64,000 bases of DNA from Stylophora pistillata (Eukaryota), in the NCBI RefSeq assembly GCF_002571385.2, contig NW_019217863.1:255371-319370 (forward strand), read 5' to 3'. A program made the position numbers and the translations under genes. The notes under the pieces were generated by a model that was not told the origin of the DNA, ran no database searches, and was given only the letters and a program-made list of their open reading frames with translations. Positions 39,501 through 53,100 of the stretch are shown here, one piece after another. The stretch's first letter is position 1. Each line of letters begins with the position of its first letter.

Positions 39501-41251
39501 CTAAATGCACTGTTTCAATTCAAAGTATTCTTTGTTCGTCTTTTGTTAATTAGTTTAGGAACTTGGGGGGTGAGGTTTGGTAATTATTATAATTTTACAG
39601 CCATCCTCATTATCATCACTACTGTAAAGCTGTAGAAGCCTTGAATTTGAGTTGTAACATAGGTATGACAACTTGAAGCAAGTTTACAAGTGCATTGCAA
39701 GCGGTCAACAAGTAAATGTAACACATTGACAGATAATAGACAGTCAATCAAGGCATTATGTATTGTTCTTGTAACTAGTTCAGTTGAAACTAAGTGGACT
39801 GGTGATTTTTTTCCAGATCCAGAGACCCTAAAGAAGGTACCAGTGCACAGGCCTTCCATGTCTCAGTATCTTCCCTCATCTTGGTCTAAGTCAAGTCATG
39901 GAATAGACAAACGACAAATCAGTGTCAGCACACTGTCTGCTTACACCTCATACAGTAGTGGAGAGGGAGATGTTTTTACAAGTTCCGAAAGTGAGGAAAC
40001 TGAGAATGAGGAAGGAGAGTCGAAGCTGACCATCAGTAAGTTCATGTTACCTGTTACCTTTAAGTTGCTAATATCAGTATGCTTATTCTCAGACTGTTCT
40101 TCACACATTTCCCATAGTACCACAAGGAGAATTTGTGCAACATGAATAACTGCTTTAGTTGGTGATCATTTCCTTTATTCTTTTGACCTCAATGTGTGAT
40201 ACAGGGTTGATGTTAGATGCTAGTCACTTTTAGAATTTTGAGAACTTCAAACAACAGAAGAATGTGGAATTACTTCATTAAACTCCTGTAAGAAGTAAAT
40301 CAATAATACGTACAGTTAAATTTCACATGTATATAATATGGAGAACCATTCTTTTAATTCTTGAATATCTATTTTTTTACCAGTACTTCATCGCACAAGT
40401 GAGGCTGTAAATGAGGCAGAACTTTGGTCATGCTTCTTCATTCGCCGAGTGTTTTGGGTGTTAAAACTTGCAACAAAACCATGTGTGATTTCTCTGAAAC
40501 AGATCTCGCATCTTGCAAACATGTAAGTTTTTCTTGGTGTGCACTGCCAATATTTGGTTGGAGACTTTGAATAAATCTAATTCTTGTTATTTTTCTTTCC
40601 TTCAGAATCCTAGAATCACTACCAAAAGTGGAGAAAACAGGAAATGAGTTCCTTGATGAACTGTTATCTATGGTCTACATGGTGATACATACTTATCAGG
40701 ACAAACATCAAGTCCAGTGCTGGTAGGTATTCTTTGGATTGCAAACAAAATATTGCCACTCTCATATGGACACCACCATTCAGCAAATGTGTTTATTTCA
40801 ACCTCTGAACACTGGACTTAAACTGTGCTTACATTGGAGATGGATTAACTAATTCTCTTCTGTTTTCTTTAGGAAAAAGCCTGGATGTGCCATAACTTCA
40901 GGACAGTGGCAGAAGGACATCAGTCCCATAGATGAAGAAAGTACTAGTGACATTGATGTAAGGCAAGTCAAGCATCTTGATGATGATAGTGACATCGAAG
41001 TTTTGGATGCAGAAAATGCAGAAAGCTTAATCCAAAGTGCAATGAGATGGGAAGATAATGTCAATAACAGCCCTTTTATTACTGCCAGTGATAGGCGCCG
41101 CAACCGGAATTTGGAAAGAAGACAGAGCCAAGGATCAAGTAATGTAGAGAAAGCACTTGAGGTTTCCTGTGATTATGTCATCTTAGATGGTTATGAGACT
41201 GATGTTGAATCTGAGTTCAGTGGTACTGAAGAACTCCAGGAGTGCTTTTAG
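36521..41251 (+). CDS. PNPLA2: Patatin-like phospholipase / ATGL-like lipase, copy A; exons 36521-36937, 38550-38615, 39213-39486, 39817-40035, 40384-40522, 40606-40722, 40873-41251
   Basis: GCGFLG oxyanion loop, GASAG nucleophile elbow and YVDGGISDN; continuous spliced frame with GT-AG introns. Confidence 0.88.
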
Positions 41252-43267
41252 TGCCTCTTGCACAAACTGCTGTGGTCTAATTACCGAGAGCTATTGATGA
41301 GAATTTTTATTTTTATTGAGTAGAATCATAGTGGTCTTTGACATGATTTTGTAATCATGGGTAAAATCACTGAGGGTTCTTCCCTTAAAACAAAAAAGAA
41401 AAGCAAAATAAAAAAACAGAAACAAAAAACAGACAGCATCAGGCTTATTTTGTCCACAATGTGTATGGGATACTAAACTCAGACATGAGATCAACACATA
41501 TTTATGGAAAAAATATAATATGTATTAATAGTCACCAAGGTAACTCAGATCTCAGTGGAAAAACAAACCTATTTAAAATTGGCAAGAAATTTTTTATATG
41601 GTTTAATAATTCTTCGCTGGGCATGCCTTTGCCAGCTTATGCTTTAGTGTCGATGACTGAGTATTGTCATCTAACTCATGCAATAACTAAGCACATTATG
41701 TGAGAGATTTATTTTGTTAACAAAAAAAATTACAATGGGTCTTGTTTCAATTTTATTGAGAAATATACAGAGGGTAAAGATGTGTCCATTTTATTAAGAA
41801 TGCAAAGGGTAAAGTTTTATCCAAATGCTTTTTCCATGGTGTTGACTGGAAAGGCAAGCAATGTTGATGTACAGAAATTAATTTATTGTATAAAGATATT
41901 TGATTTTATTCTTCAGACTAGACTGCCGTTGAACAAGAATCATGATAGAATAGATTAGAAAAGTTTAAGTGATATATTATTGATAAAACCACTCAAATTT
42001 GAATTTGAGTGAGCAGCAAATAATTATGGCCTTGTTGCTGTAGTTCTTAAAAGTTTGCCAATGTTTTATGTATTTTATACTGAAAGGAAAAAGAAAATTT
42101 CCATTATTTTCATGTGATGTACAGTACTAGTCCCAGTAATGTATATAATTAAATAAAGAAAATTGCTTTGTGAATGAGAGTGACTTGACCTACTTTGCAA
42201 TTGTGAAATAGTTCAGAGTGCAAGCAAATCATTAATTAAAATAGTATTCAGGGGGTCTTTCCCCTGAGACAAGATGGGACCAATTTATCTCGAGATCATC
42301 TTTCTCAGGTAAAGAGTATTTGTGATGGTGTTACTCTATCAAACCCACATGCAATGCTTGCTGATTTGGTCTGTCTGCACAAGNNNNNNNNNNNNNNNNN
42401 NNNNNNNNNNNNNNNNNNNNNNNNNNNNNNNNNNNNNNNNNNNNNNNNNNNNNNNNNNNNNNNNNNNNNNNNNNNNNNNNNNNNNNNNNNNNNNNNNNNN
42501 NNNNNNNNNNNNNNNNNNNNNNNNNNNNNNNNNNNNNNNNNNNNNNNNNNNNNNNNNNNNNNNNNNNNNNNNNNNNNNNNNNNNNNNNNNNNNNNNNNNN
42601 NNNNNNNNNNNNNNNNNNNNNNNNNNNNNNNACCACACACACACACACACACACAAAAGAAAAAGAGTAAAAATTCAAGAACAAAAACGGTATTTGAAAA
42701 TGTTACATCATCAAGGATGAGAGTTGGAATAGTACAATAAGCCCCTCTTCTCTAGTATGGTACAGGGCTCTTGAAACGGTTCAAATAACCCACTAGGCTT
42801 CTAAACATACATAGCGTAAGTTTGTATGATTCTTGATTTTCAATATCTTGCAATCTATATCTCGCCTTGTTTTTCCACCGACCTTCAATGACCTATCTTT
42901 CGTTGAATACTCTTTCTGTGACCTTTAGACCTTGATTAACCTTCGCTGACCTTTACTCCTTGATTTACACAATACCACTGAAGTCGCACTCACAAAGAAC
43001 TGAAACGAGAATTTGGTAGTATCGGAAGCAAAATTTCACAAACAGACATGCGGTACCGGTTCATAAAAACTGGCGCGAAATCACAAGGTCGGTAAAGGTG
43101 ACTTCCGGTCATGTGAACAAATACCGTGATCCTCATTTATGATGTCATAATAGGCGGGCGATTCGCCCGATCGGCCCAGGAGTTATTCATTGCACTTGAA
43201 AATTCAGTATAGAATACATTCAGACACCTTCAACGGACAAACTGATGAAGATTGAAATTTTCTAACC

Positions 43268-46200
43268 ATGTCTAAGGTTCAAGATTTGAACCTGACTTTT
43301 TCGGGTTGCGGATTTTTGGGAATCTACCACATTGGAGTAATGTCTTGTCTAAAACAAAACGCGACCAGCCTTTTGGGTCGGGTGAAATGTTTTGGAGGAG
43401 CAAGTGCAGGTGCTTTTGCAGCTGTCGGTTTAGTGATGAACTTGGATGTCTCTGACATTGTAGAATCGGTACTAAGACTCGGGAAAAGAGCAAATTCTCT
43501 TTCACTAGGACCTTTCCATCCGAGTTTTCAGATCGTCAAAACTGTCCGGAAAGCGTTTGACCAAATGTTGCCTGACAACGCACACGAGATAGCGACTGGA
43601 CGATTGCACATTTCACTAAGTCAAGTCACTCTCACTGGCTTTAAAAATGTCATCATTTCTGAATTTTACTCAAAAGAGGATCTAATTGAGGTAAGCTAAG
43701 ATTAAAAGCTATATTGATGCTTGATGAACGAAGTATGTTCAATAGATTAAAAGAAAAAAAAGATCGCAGTGCACGATTTCGTTTGTTTTAGTTTAAATGT
43801 GCTAAATAACTCGTGTAACGTTCACCATGTGTATGTTTTGTTAATTGTTAGTTTGCTTTATTTTATCAGCTGAATAAAGATCGATCGTGCTATCAATCAA
43901 TTTTCAAGTCGATATTTTTCTGTCGATCTGAAAGGTGTTGAGGTCGAGAGTATTGAAGTTCAGAGCTGTTGACACTTTTATACACGAAATTGTAAAGTCT
44001 CCATACCTAATCTCTTCTTTTGATTGTCTTTTTTTAATGATTATTCATATTATTCATGAACGGAGTTATGTACCCCCACTCCAATTAAGCGACAACAAAA
44101 GTAAAAAACAGGTGACAATATCCTTGTTTTAAAATGCTCGTCGAGTCCAAACGTTTATAGTTGTCCGGAGTGAGATTTAGGCAGGGGGGAAGGGTAGGGG
44201 AAGAGCAGGGGAGTGGCAAGACGTTTTGTTTACCTCGGAATAGATGCCCAAACCATTATCGTTTTTTTCCTAACGAAATAATGACATTGTAGAATTTGAT
44301 GTCTCCTTTTTTGTTTTAAACTCTAAGAGTGACTAGCTAGCATCTAATTTCTCCTTACAATATCACCCCTAAATAACATTAAGATAACAAGAATAAAGAA
44401 AATGATCACCAGCTAGACAAGCTCTTGACTGGTAATCCTCCTTATTAAAACCATAGGAAATGAATGGAGAAAAGTATGAAGAATATGCTTTGTGATGTCA
44501 GGGTGTATAGGGTTAAGGATACAAAGATAACACTTATTTCGAGTCATTTTCAGAAGAACAACTCATTTTTTATTTAAAAAATTTAAATTAAATTACACAG
44601 TAATATTGAGTTTTATATTTGATTTTGTAAATATTACAGGCTCTTGTAGCCAGTTCCTATGTGCCAGTATTTTCTGGAATGTTTCCAGCTGTATATAGAG
44701 GGAAGGTATGTAACTGTGACTAACATACATAAAAAATTATGTTAAATATCAGTTAGGTGATTAGTCACCTCTACATATGTTGTACAAGATTGTCACACAA
44801 TACAAATCCTCTTTAAAATGTGAGACAAACCCAAAAACTGCTCTGTAAGGGACCATAGAGGAATATATTCTCTGGAGTGAAAATTACTTGAATTTTTACA
44901 ACTGACCAATTGCTAGATAATATAAATTTTATTTCTCTCAAATGTATGGTATACATGCATTATTTTCATTTAATTTCAAACACTAGAAATGAGTAGGTAT
45001 CACTAGAAAATAGAATTTACTCTTCTATTTACAGTACTATGTGGATGGAGGAATTTCTGATAATCTTCCACAACACTTCAAAGAAGGAGAAACTATCACA
45101 GTGTCCCCATTTAGTGGTGAACATGACATTTGTCCCAAAGATGTTTCATCAAATGAATTTCACATAGAATTACGAAATACAAGCATGCAGTTTACTGGAA
45201 GTAACATTTGGAGATTGTCCCATGCACTGTGGCCTCCAAGTCAAGAGGTTTTGATTGATATCTGCAGGCAAGGTTATAGGGATACGTTAAGGTTTCTCAC
45301 AGAGCATTGTAAGTTTCAATCAGTTGATATGTTTTCACATACTTCTGTTGGTTACCATTATGACAGTAATTCAATTAAGCACCCAACCATGAGTAAGTCC
45401 CCACCCTGTAGTTAGGAAAAGTAAGTAAGCACCCAGTCTTAAATAAGGGCCTTTCTAGTAGAAAAAGGACACTTCTGGTGTACCTGGCATGTTCAAGTAA
45501 ACCATTTCAAAAGCCTGGGAAAATGTTGACGAGTGGTCGATAAACCCTGTTGCAGTGGATTTTTCCTCCCTAAGTTCTAAGTTATGTTCACTCTGTATAT
45601 ATGCAACTCATGTATGAACACAGACAACCATTTTTAATCATAGATTGAAATGACTGTAATTTGCAATTAATTTTATTTTCCAGACCCTGATACACTAATG
45701 CTTGAGTCACTAACAACAGCTTCTATGGTGTTTGATATTCTGCCATTACACAGCAGTTCTCCATCTTATTGTCAAGGATCAAGCATTATTCAGGGAGCAA
45801 GCCAGAGTTCTGATTTATCATTTAATGACAACAATTTATCCTGTGATTATAAGGAGACTGGCTTGTGTCTTGCTCCAGGAAGCCATTGGGCTGAAACTGA
45901 ATTGGAGGAAGGAGAATCAAAATTATCCATGAGTAAGTGAGTCTTTTTATGTAATAATGCCCTTTTATCTGGGTATGAGTATCTATTGCTGCTGAATCAT
46001 AATTGCTAATGTTTTCTCAACTCTCAGTACTTTTGGATGCCAATAAAAGTGCAACAGAAGCTGAGCTTTGGTCATGCTACTTTTTGCGCAAGTCATGTCA
46101 CATCTTGGATCTTCTTGCCAGACCGTGCATCATAACTTTCAAGCAAATCTTGGTAATGCTCAAAATGTGAGTATGAATTGCAATTGATTTTATAAATTTA

Positions 46201-47878
46201 ATTGTTTATTAAATTGTAGTTGTACATGAAAATAATACCATTTTGTTTCAATGTTTAGCATAGGAGGACATTACTTTAATTTTAGTTAACTCAATTAGTT
46301 TATATAATTATTATAAGAAAAAGTTCACAATTTAGTTTTGGTTTTTGATTTGTTGCTTGATTTTCCAGAATTTTGCAAGCTTTGATTAAGATTGAAAAAA
46401 CAGGGTGCAAGTACTTTGATAACATGCTATCAGTTGTTTCCACAATGCTGCAGACATATGAGGACAAACATCAGGTTACAATACACTGGTATGACTTATT
46501 TCACTCTTTCAAAAATTCAAATTTTGTCTATCTGTTATACCCCTCTCACAGAGATATTTTTTTAGAGGTTCACCGACCCCTTTCCTGGAAATTCCACCTA
46601 TGCTTTATATCTTTCTTTATAAAGGTCTCATTTGGATTTTGAATTGATTGTCATTGAGAGCTGTGAACAACCTAGCTTTAGCAGTTAGGCTTCATTGTCT
46701 TAAACCCTCTAACTCTCAGAGGTTATAAACATGTCACTTCTTTCTATGATATCCATACATTATCCACTAAAAGGTAATGAGAATACTCACACTAATCTGG
46801 TAGAAGTTTCTATCTTGATCTCTTACCAAATTCTCATAGCTAATCTGAGTTCTATTTGTTGCCATTATTTTTAGGAAATCTAAATCTTTTATGAACTTGA
46901 CAGAAGAATCAACAGATGGTAAGATACATTTCTTGAATCATTGTTATTCTTTTTTCCAGATAAATATTAGAGTAGAATAAAATAAATGTTCAACTTGATC
47001 CTTTAACTCCATTTATTCTATCTCACTTGGTACAATCTGACTGAAAATAATAATCTGACTAGACGATCTGATTTAGTTTGGTATTAATCATAAGATCTGA
47101 TTCAATAACAAACTAGACCTCATGGTCCATACCATAATATGCAAACTAAACCCAGTGCCATGTGGGTAGGGCAGAAGCTAAACATGACGTATAGCAATCA
47201 ACAGTTAGTTGTTGAAAAACTACAGCAGGATGCCATGAGCTATTACTAAAAATATTAATATTTCTTTTTCATTTCTTCTCATTACCATCAAATCTTGATG
47301 ATCCAGACTCAAGGAAACTGGACTTAATAGTCTGGATACTCAAGAGTCTGCATAATCAAAAAATATAATATTAACAAGCCAAAAATAAAACTAAATTAAT
47401 TTTTCCAAAATTCCTTACAAAAAGTTATTAAAGCTTATGTTTGTTTCAAGTGGCAACAGTGTGTGCACATAGCTTTCACTGAAAAGCATTCAACAGCTTT
47501 CGGAAAGCCAGAGTTCCAACAGGAATTCCATTACATTAATCATGTGCCTTGTTTGATGGGAAAAAGTTGTTATGATAGTCAAATGTGAATAATTAATGTT
47601 CACAAAAATTTGGGAGCAGAGGAGTAAGTCCAGGTAATCTAAAAAACAGGATAATTTAGGTCTATGGCAGATAATCAAGGTTTTACTGTACTTTTATATT
47701 TTTAACAGTTGGAGAATCATCCCTTATTTTGTATGACCAGACACAAAAAGTTATCTCTGATGCCATGGAAGGACTTAGTACTGTTTACCAGAATGAACCA
47801 AGTATCTTGGTTAATGAATTCCAAGAAGGTTTTGATGAGAACATGGATGCAACAGAACATCCTGTTGACAATAGTTAG
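43268..47878 (+). CDS. PNPLA2: Patatin-like phospholipase / ATGL-like lipase, copy B; exons 43268-43690, 44640-44705, 45035-45308, 45684-45932, 46028-46166, 46369-46488, 46875-46918, 47709-47878
   Basis: Same catalytic motifs and the same first six intron positions as copy A. The last two exons are less certain. Confidence 0.82.
44318..44515. repeat. Dispersed ~200-bp MITE-like repeat; related copies near 10803-11005, 46702-46840 and 57518-57720
   Basis: Shared core CATCTAATTTCTCCTTACA..ATGATCACC..AGGAAATG..AGGGTTAA recurs in the window. Confidence 0.7.
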
Positions 47879-50109
47879 ACAAGCAAAAAACCAAGAGACA
47901 AGGATGATGATAGGGGAACACCTCTTTCTCTGTAATTAATGATGAAAGAAGCTCCCATATTGAGAGCAATGATGAGTATGTGATTCTTACCAGCTGAATG
48001 GACAAAAATTTTTGTCAACAATTTCTTATTTTTAATAGGTGACAAAAGCACCAACAGCAGAGTATGTAATTTATGAACAATGAGACCAAGAATTATTTTG
48101 ATTATCCTTTTGCATCAAGACAAAAATATTCATTCAGTATTTAAAATGACTTCTGCTTTTATTTGTTCAGAAATATCAAATCTTTTGGAAGGAAGTATCC
48201 TCTTAAGTTACTTTGACTTATACCTGATAATTTAGCAAGACAATGTGACTTGTGTTTTGTGTGTTCATTAATTAAAATAATTCTTCTATAAAGCCAGGTT
48301 AATGGTTATTATAAACTGTAAAGAAATCAAAATAAAGACAATACATATTATCTGAAATGGCTATTGTATATATAGGAAGGTAAATCATATTTATAAAGAA
48401 ATTGTGGCAATCAGTACTATTTCACAAAATGTTGTCTTTGTTCGGGCTGATTTACTGAAGGGAGAGCATTTATATCGCTGTTAGAATAAAGTGGATGGAT
48501 AACAGTACTGTAATAATGTGAATAAAATTGTTGCGACTTTCCTTTCAACTGAGTGATGTGATGATTTGTAAGAGATCAGTTATACAATGTTTATCACAGT
48601 TTTCTCAGCAGTAAAAGTATCTTGACAATTGTATGGTTAAGGGAGGGGGTTGGGCAGGTTGATGTGCATGTGATTCCTCTTTGCTGTGAAAACTAAAAAA
48701 TGTTTGTGATTAAAACATCCTATATGAGTTACTGACCAAGCATGAGGTCAAGATGGACCAAGAACAAGTCCAGGTCCATGAAATTGCAAAAAAAGAACAA
48801 AATATCCAGCCATCCAATGCAACTCGATCATAGTCATTGTCAAAAAACTGAACTTTGTTAAGTCATGCCACTCAATCTTTTTCTTGCACAAGATAAAAAC
48901 AGCCAAACTCTAGTGGGCAAGACTTTTTACTTTGCCCACTCAGATAACAAAGGATTTGCTTCATATTGCCCATGCGTGTCGCTGCCTGTATTATAAAGAA
49001 TTATCACCTCTAATAAGAGTTTGGTATGGGCACTCATAAAGTGGTCCAGCCAGCACTTAGTAAACCTAGCCATCTATAGCCGTACTTAGGAATACCCTGC
49101 CATCCTTAAGGACTGTGCTTAGAAATGACTACCTGTCTGGACCATATATATGTTCCTTCACCAAGTAGTTTAACCCCTCCCGGTTTCCATCAGTAAGTTA
49201 TTGTGGCAATCAAAAATTAATGGTGTTTGTAGACCTCTTTTAACCACTGTTACACTTAAAACCAATCATAATAACCCTGAATAACCTCGTTTCGAGAAAA
49301 AAATTTCGTTTCGAGAAAAAACCACCAAGTACCCTGCCATTTATTTGGAGATGATCATGCAAAGGCCATCCAGTGTATCTAAGCTAATTCTTCTAAGATC
49401 ACCGAGAGGAGGCAGGTTATGATACACATAACATTGTAGCAGTGGACGATTCTAGAAAGCATACAGCATGTACTTACAGGGTTTTGTCACAGCCTTCGCC
49501 ACCCTCTTCGCATAAGTAACCCTGAAACTGCAACAGTCATCAAGAGTGGTGGACTCTTTGATCTTCGCGTCTTGTTTGCACTGCATTCATCGTTTTCTGA
49601 AACCAAAGCTACTTCATTATTCACAGAGTATGCTGATAAAAAAAAATTACAGATCTATCATGCACAGGCAACATACTCAACATACTTTAGTATTGTAGTT
49701 TGCCGCTTTTCTGAAGAAGGTGTGAATTAACCCTTCCACTGCTGCGGACGGGGAGTAAAAAAATAAATAAGTAATTCCTTACCAGGGTAGCGAGGGGTGA
49801 ATGTGTCACTTTGGAGGAAATCATAATTTCTCACAAATAATTTCGGTTTAGGTCTCTTTGCTGCGGAATATTTAACATTTTGAGCAAAATAAGAATCAGT
49901 GGAATTTTATTTCACGAATTTTCGAAGAAGAGTGCCTCTCAGTCCCGTGGGGAGTAGGGTTAGGTTGGCCGTAATTTAAAAAGTGTTCAGCGGCAATTTA
50001 GTTCAGTAATGTTCCCGCCATTTTCGATATATACATTGGTTGAAATATTTGGTATCGAAAAGGTCATTGTGGTTGTGCAAGATTTCCCTTTTAGCTAGGT
50101 TCAAACGAT

Positions 50110-53100
50110 ATGGATAACGCTCATAAACGCAAAGGAAGCGAGGAGGTTGGTAGCTCTGCAAAACGATCCCGCCATGATGGGGGAAACCCGCGAACCTTCG
50201 AAGAAGAGTTAGCTTTGCTCGGTGAAGTAGCTGACAAACATCCAGCTCACAAGTGGTCCAGACCAGCCGCGCCAAAGTTAAATCCAACCACTGAAAGCCT
50301 CATATTTCAGCAGTTGGAGGTTGACAATTACATCGGTTTGTACCTTAAAGTGTTGGAATAAGGACAGTTTTTTTTCCATTCTAAAAATTGGAGCTTTTTT
50401 GACAGAACAGAAAGGATTGTACAAGCTTACATTAGCTGATATACGTAGATGCATGGGGTTTGATTGTTAAAACTATCTGAGATATGTGACCGAGGCAGGT
50501 TCTGATGTTATTATTTGAACAACGAGACAGACTTATAGCCACAATAAAATTTATTTATACAGGAAAGTACAAAAGAAATACTGATAAAGAGAAAGGGTGA
50601 TTGCAAGCTAAAAGAAATAATAAATGACAAATAACAATTCAATGATTTAAAATAATGAAATAAAACAATTAGTAAAAATTACAATCGATTGTAATACAAT
50701 AGCAAGGCACTAACAAGACAATTGTAAAGCATTGCATGACAGAACAGTAATCATTGTGTGACACTTAAAAGACTTAATCCAATTAACCAAACATAGAACT
50801 ATTGAATGGCAGGCTCTTAGAATTATACATGAAATGACTGAAAACAAGTCAATACTGATAAAACAATAGCTCAAAACAACATAACATTAGATAAGACTAA
50901 TTTCAATCACAATTTCATATTGTCCTTCGACTTAAAACTAGGAAGACTGGCAAAATCTCATTCAGTGACAGGACAACATCTGTCATTACTGATGAACTAA
51001 ACAATGAAGACTGTAGTGAAATATCTGATTTCACCAATGAACTTTAAGTCAAGTATACAGATAAATGCAAGGTTCTGAAAGCTGAATGCAATCTTGACAC
51101 ATTTTGAACATGAATCAACTAATATAAGGACTCAAGCAAAGACTAAACAATTGGATTGAGATAAGTACACATGAAGCATATTATTCTTGAACTCAAACTG
51201 TAAGACATGCAATAATAGGTCAAATGTGACATACCAAATCCTCAGTAGAATAGGTCACTACCTTGAGGTTACATGTACTGGAGTTACTTTTTCTGTGACC
51301 AAGAGGTTCTGAGCTAGTAAGTGCTGGTCTGGACACTCTGAACTACTGAGTTAAACTAACTAACTGTACTTCTTTTATAAGGAATCGAGCAATAGCAGGA
51401 AATTCTCTAGAATTTTGGAAGTTAGGTGTGATCATTCTAAAGGAAATTTATGATGCAAATCCTGTGTGTATGATAATTTGGTTATCATAGGAAATAGTTT
51501 CTGAAGATGTAATTCTAAAATTCTAACAAAAAATATTGCAATGTCATGCACAATTGTTAGCCTGCTCACATGTAGACTATATAAAGTTTTAAACTATTAT
51601 AAAAATGACTTTTCCAAACTCGGTGAAGAGAAATTTATCAATGACTTAATTTTCACGTCTAGATCTGGAATAACATCTCAAGTGATCGTTATAGATGCCA
51701 ACACTAGATTCAATATTTTGCTATGATCAGATATCTCANNNNNNNNNNNNNNNNNNNNNNNGGTCTACGAGAGAGGCCATCTTTTTTTCCTCATCCTGAG
51801 TCCAATGATTTCTTGCTAATGCTAAACTCCTTTTCTCTTGTACCTTGCATCTCACAATCAACACGTATTACTTAAAGATCAGCAACCTTCATTGATAATA
51901 TATTTGCAAATAGTCATGCTATGAATGCCATCAGTGGTAATCTAGTCTCTAATCATCTTCCTCAATTCCTGATCGTACACAATCTCAGACTGAATTATTT
52001 CAATCACAATTTCATATTTTCCTTGGACTTAAAACTAGGAAGACTGGTAGAATCTCATTCAGTGACAGGACAACATCTGTCATTACTGATGGACTAAAGA
52101 ATGAAGACTGTAGTGAGATATCTGATTTCACCAATGAACTTTAAGTCAAGTATACAGATAAATGCAAGGTTCTGAAAGCTGAATGCAATCTTGACACATT
52201 TTGAACATGAATCAACTAATATAAGGACTCAAGCAAAGACTAAACAATTGGATTGAGATAAGTACACATGAAGCATATTATTCTTGAACTCAAACTGTAA
52301 GACATGCAATAATAGGTCAAATGTGACATACCAAATCCTCAGTAGAATAGGTCACTACCTTGAGGTTACATGTACTGGAGTTACTTTTTCTGTGACCAAG
52401 AGGTTCTGAGCTAGTAAGTGCTGGTCTGGACACTCTGAACTACTGAGTTAAACTAACTAACTGTACTTCTTTTATAAGGAATCGAACAATAGCAGGAAAT
52501 TCTCTAAAATTTTGGAAGTTAGGTGTGATTATTCTAAAGGAAATTTATGATGCAAATCCTGTGTGTATGATAATTTGGTTATCATAGGAAATAGTTTCTG
52601 AAGATGTAATTCTAAAATTATAACAAAAAATATTGCAATGTCATGCACAATTGTGAGCTTGGTCACAGATAGCATTGCAAATCGTACTGTTTTTGGCTGG
52701 TACCATCTTTGCAAGTAATCAACGGTACAATCCCTTAAGCCTGATTTCAATTCGTGTTAGGAATGATAAAATGAATGCTAAAAAGAAACTAGTCATATTA
52801 TTAAGATTAACATTTCCGTTATGGTTCTCCATTGCAGGTAAACCCTTGCAGGGAATGCCAGGCTCCAAGGTTGGTCCAGTGCCGATAGTTCAGATGTATG
52901 GAGTGACAATGGAGGGGAACAGTGTCCTTTGTCATATCCATGGGTTTGTACCATATTTTTATGTCCCTGCTCCTCCAGGCTTTCAGCAGAGTTACTGCAG
53001 TGTATTTCAGGATTGTCTCGATAAAGCTGTGTTGGTAGACATGAGATCCAATAAGGATAATGTGACTCAGGTAAGTGTCATGCATTTGAGAGGCTTTACC

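Noticed and set aside
42305-42740. ORFs spanning the N run and CA microsatellite
   Set aside because: Artefacts of an assembly gap.
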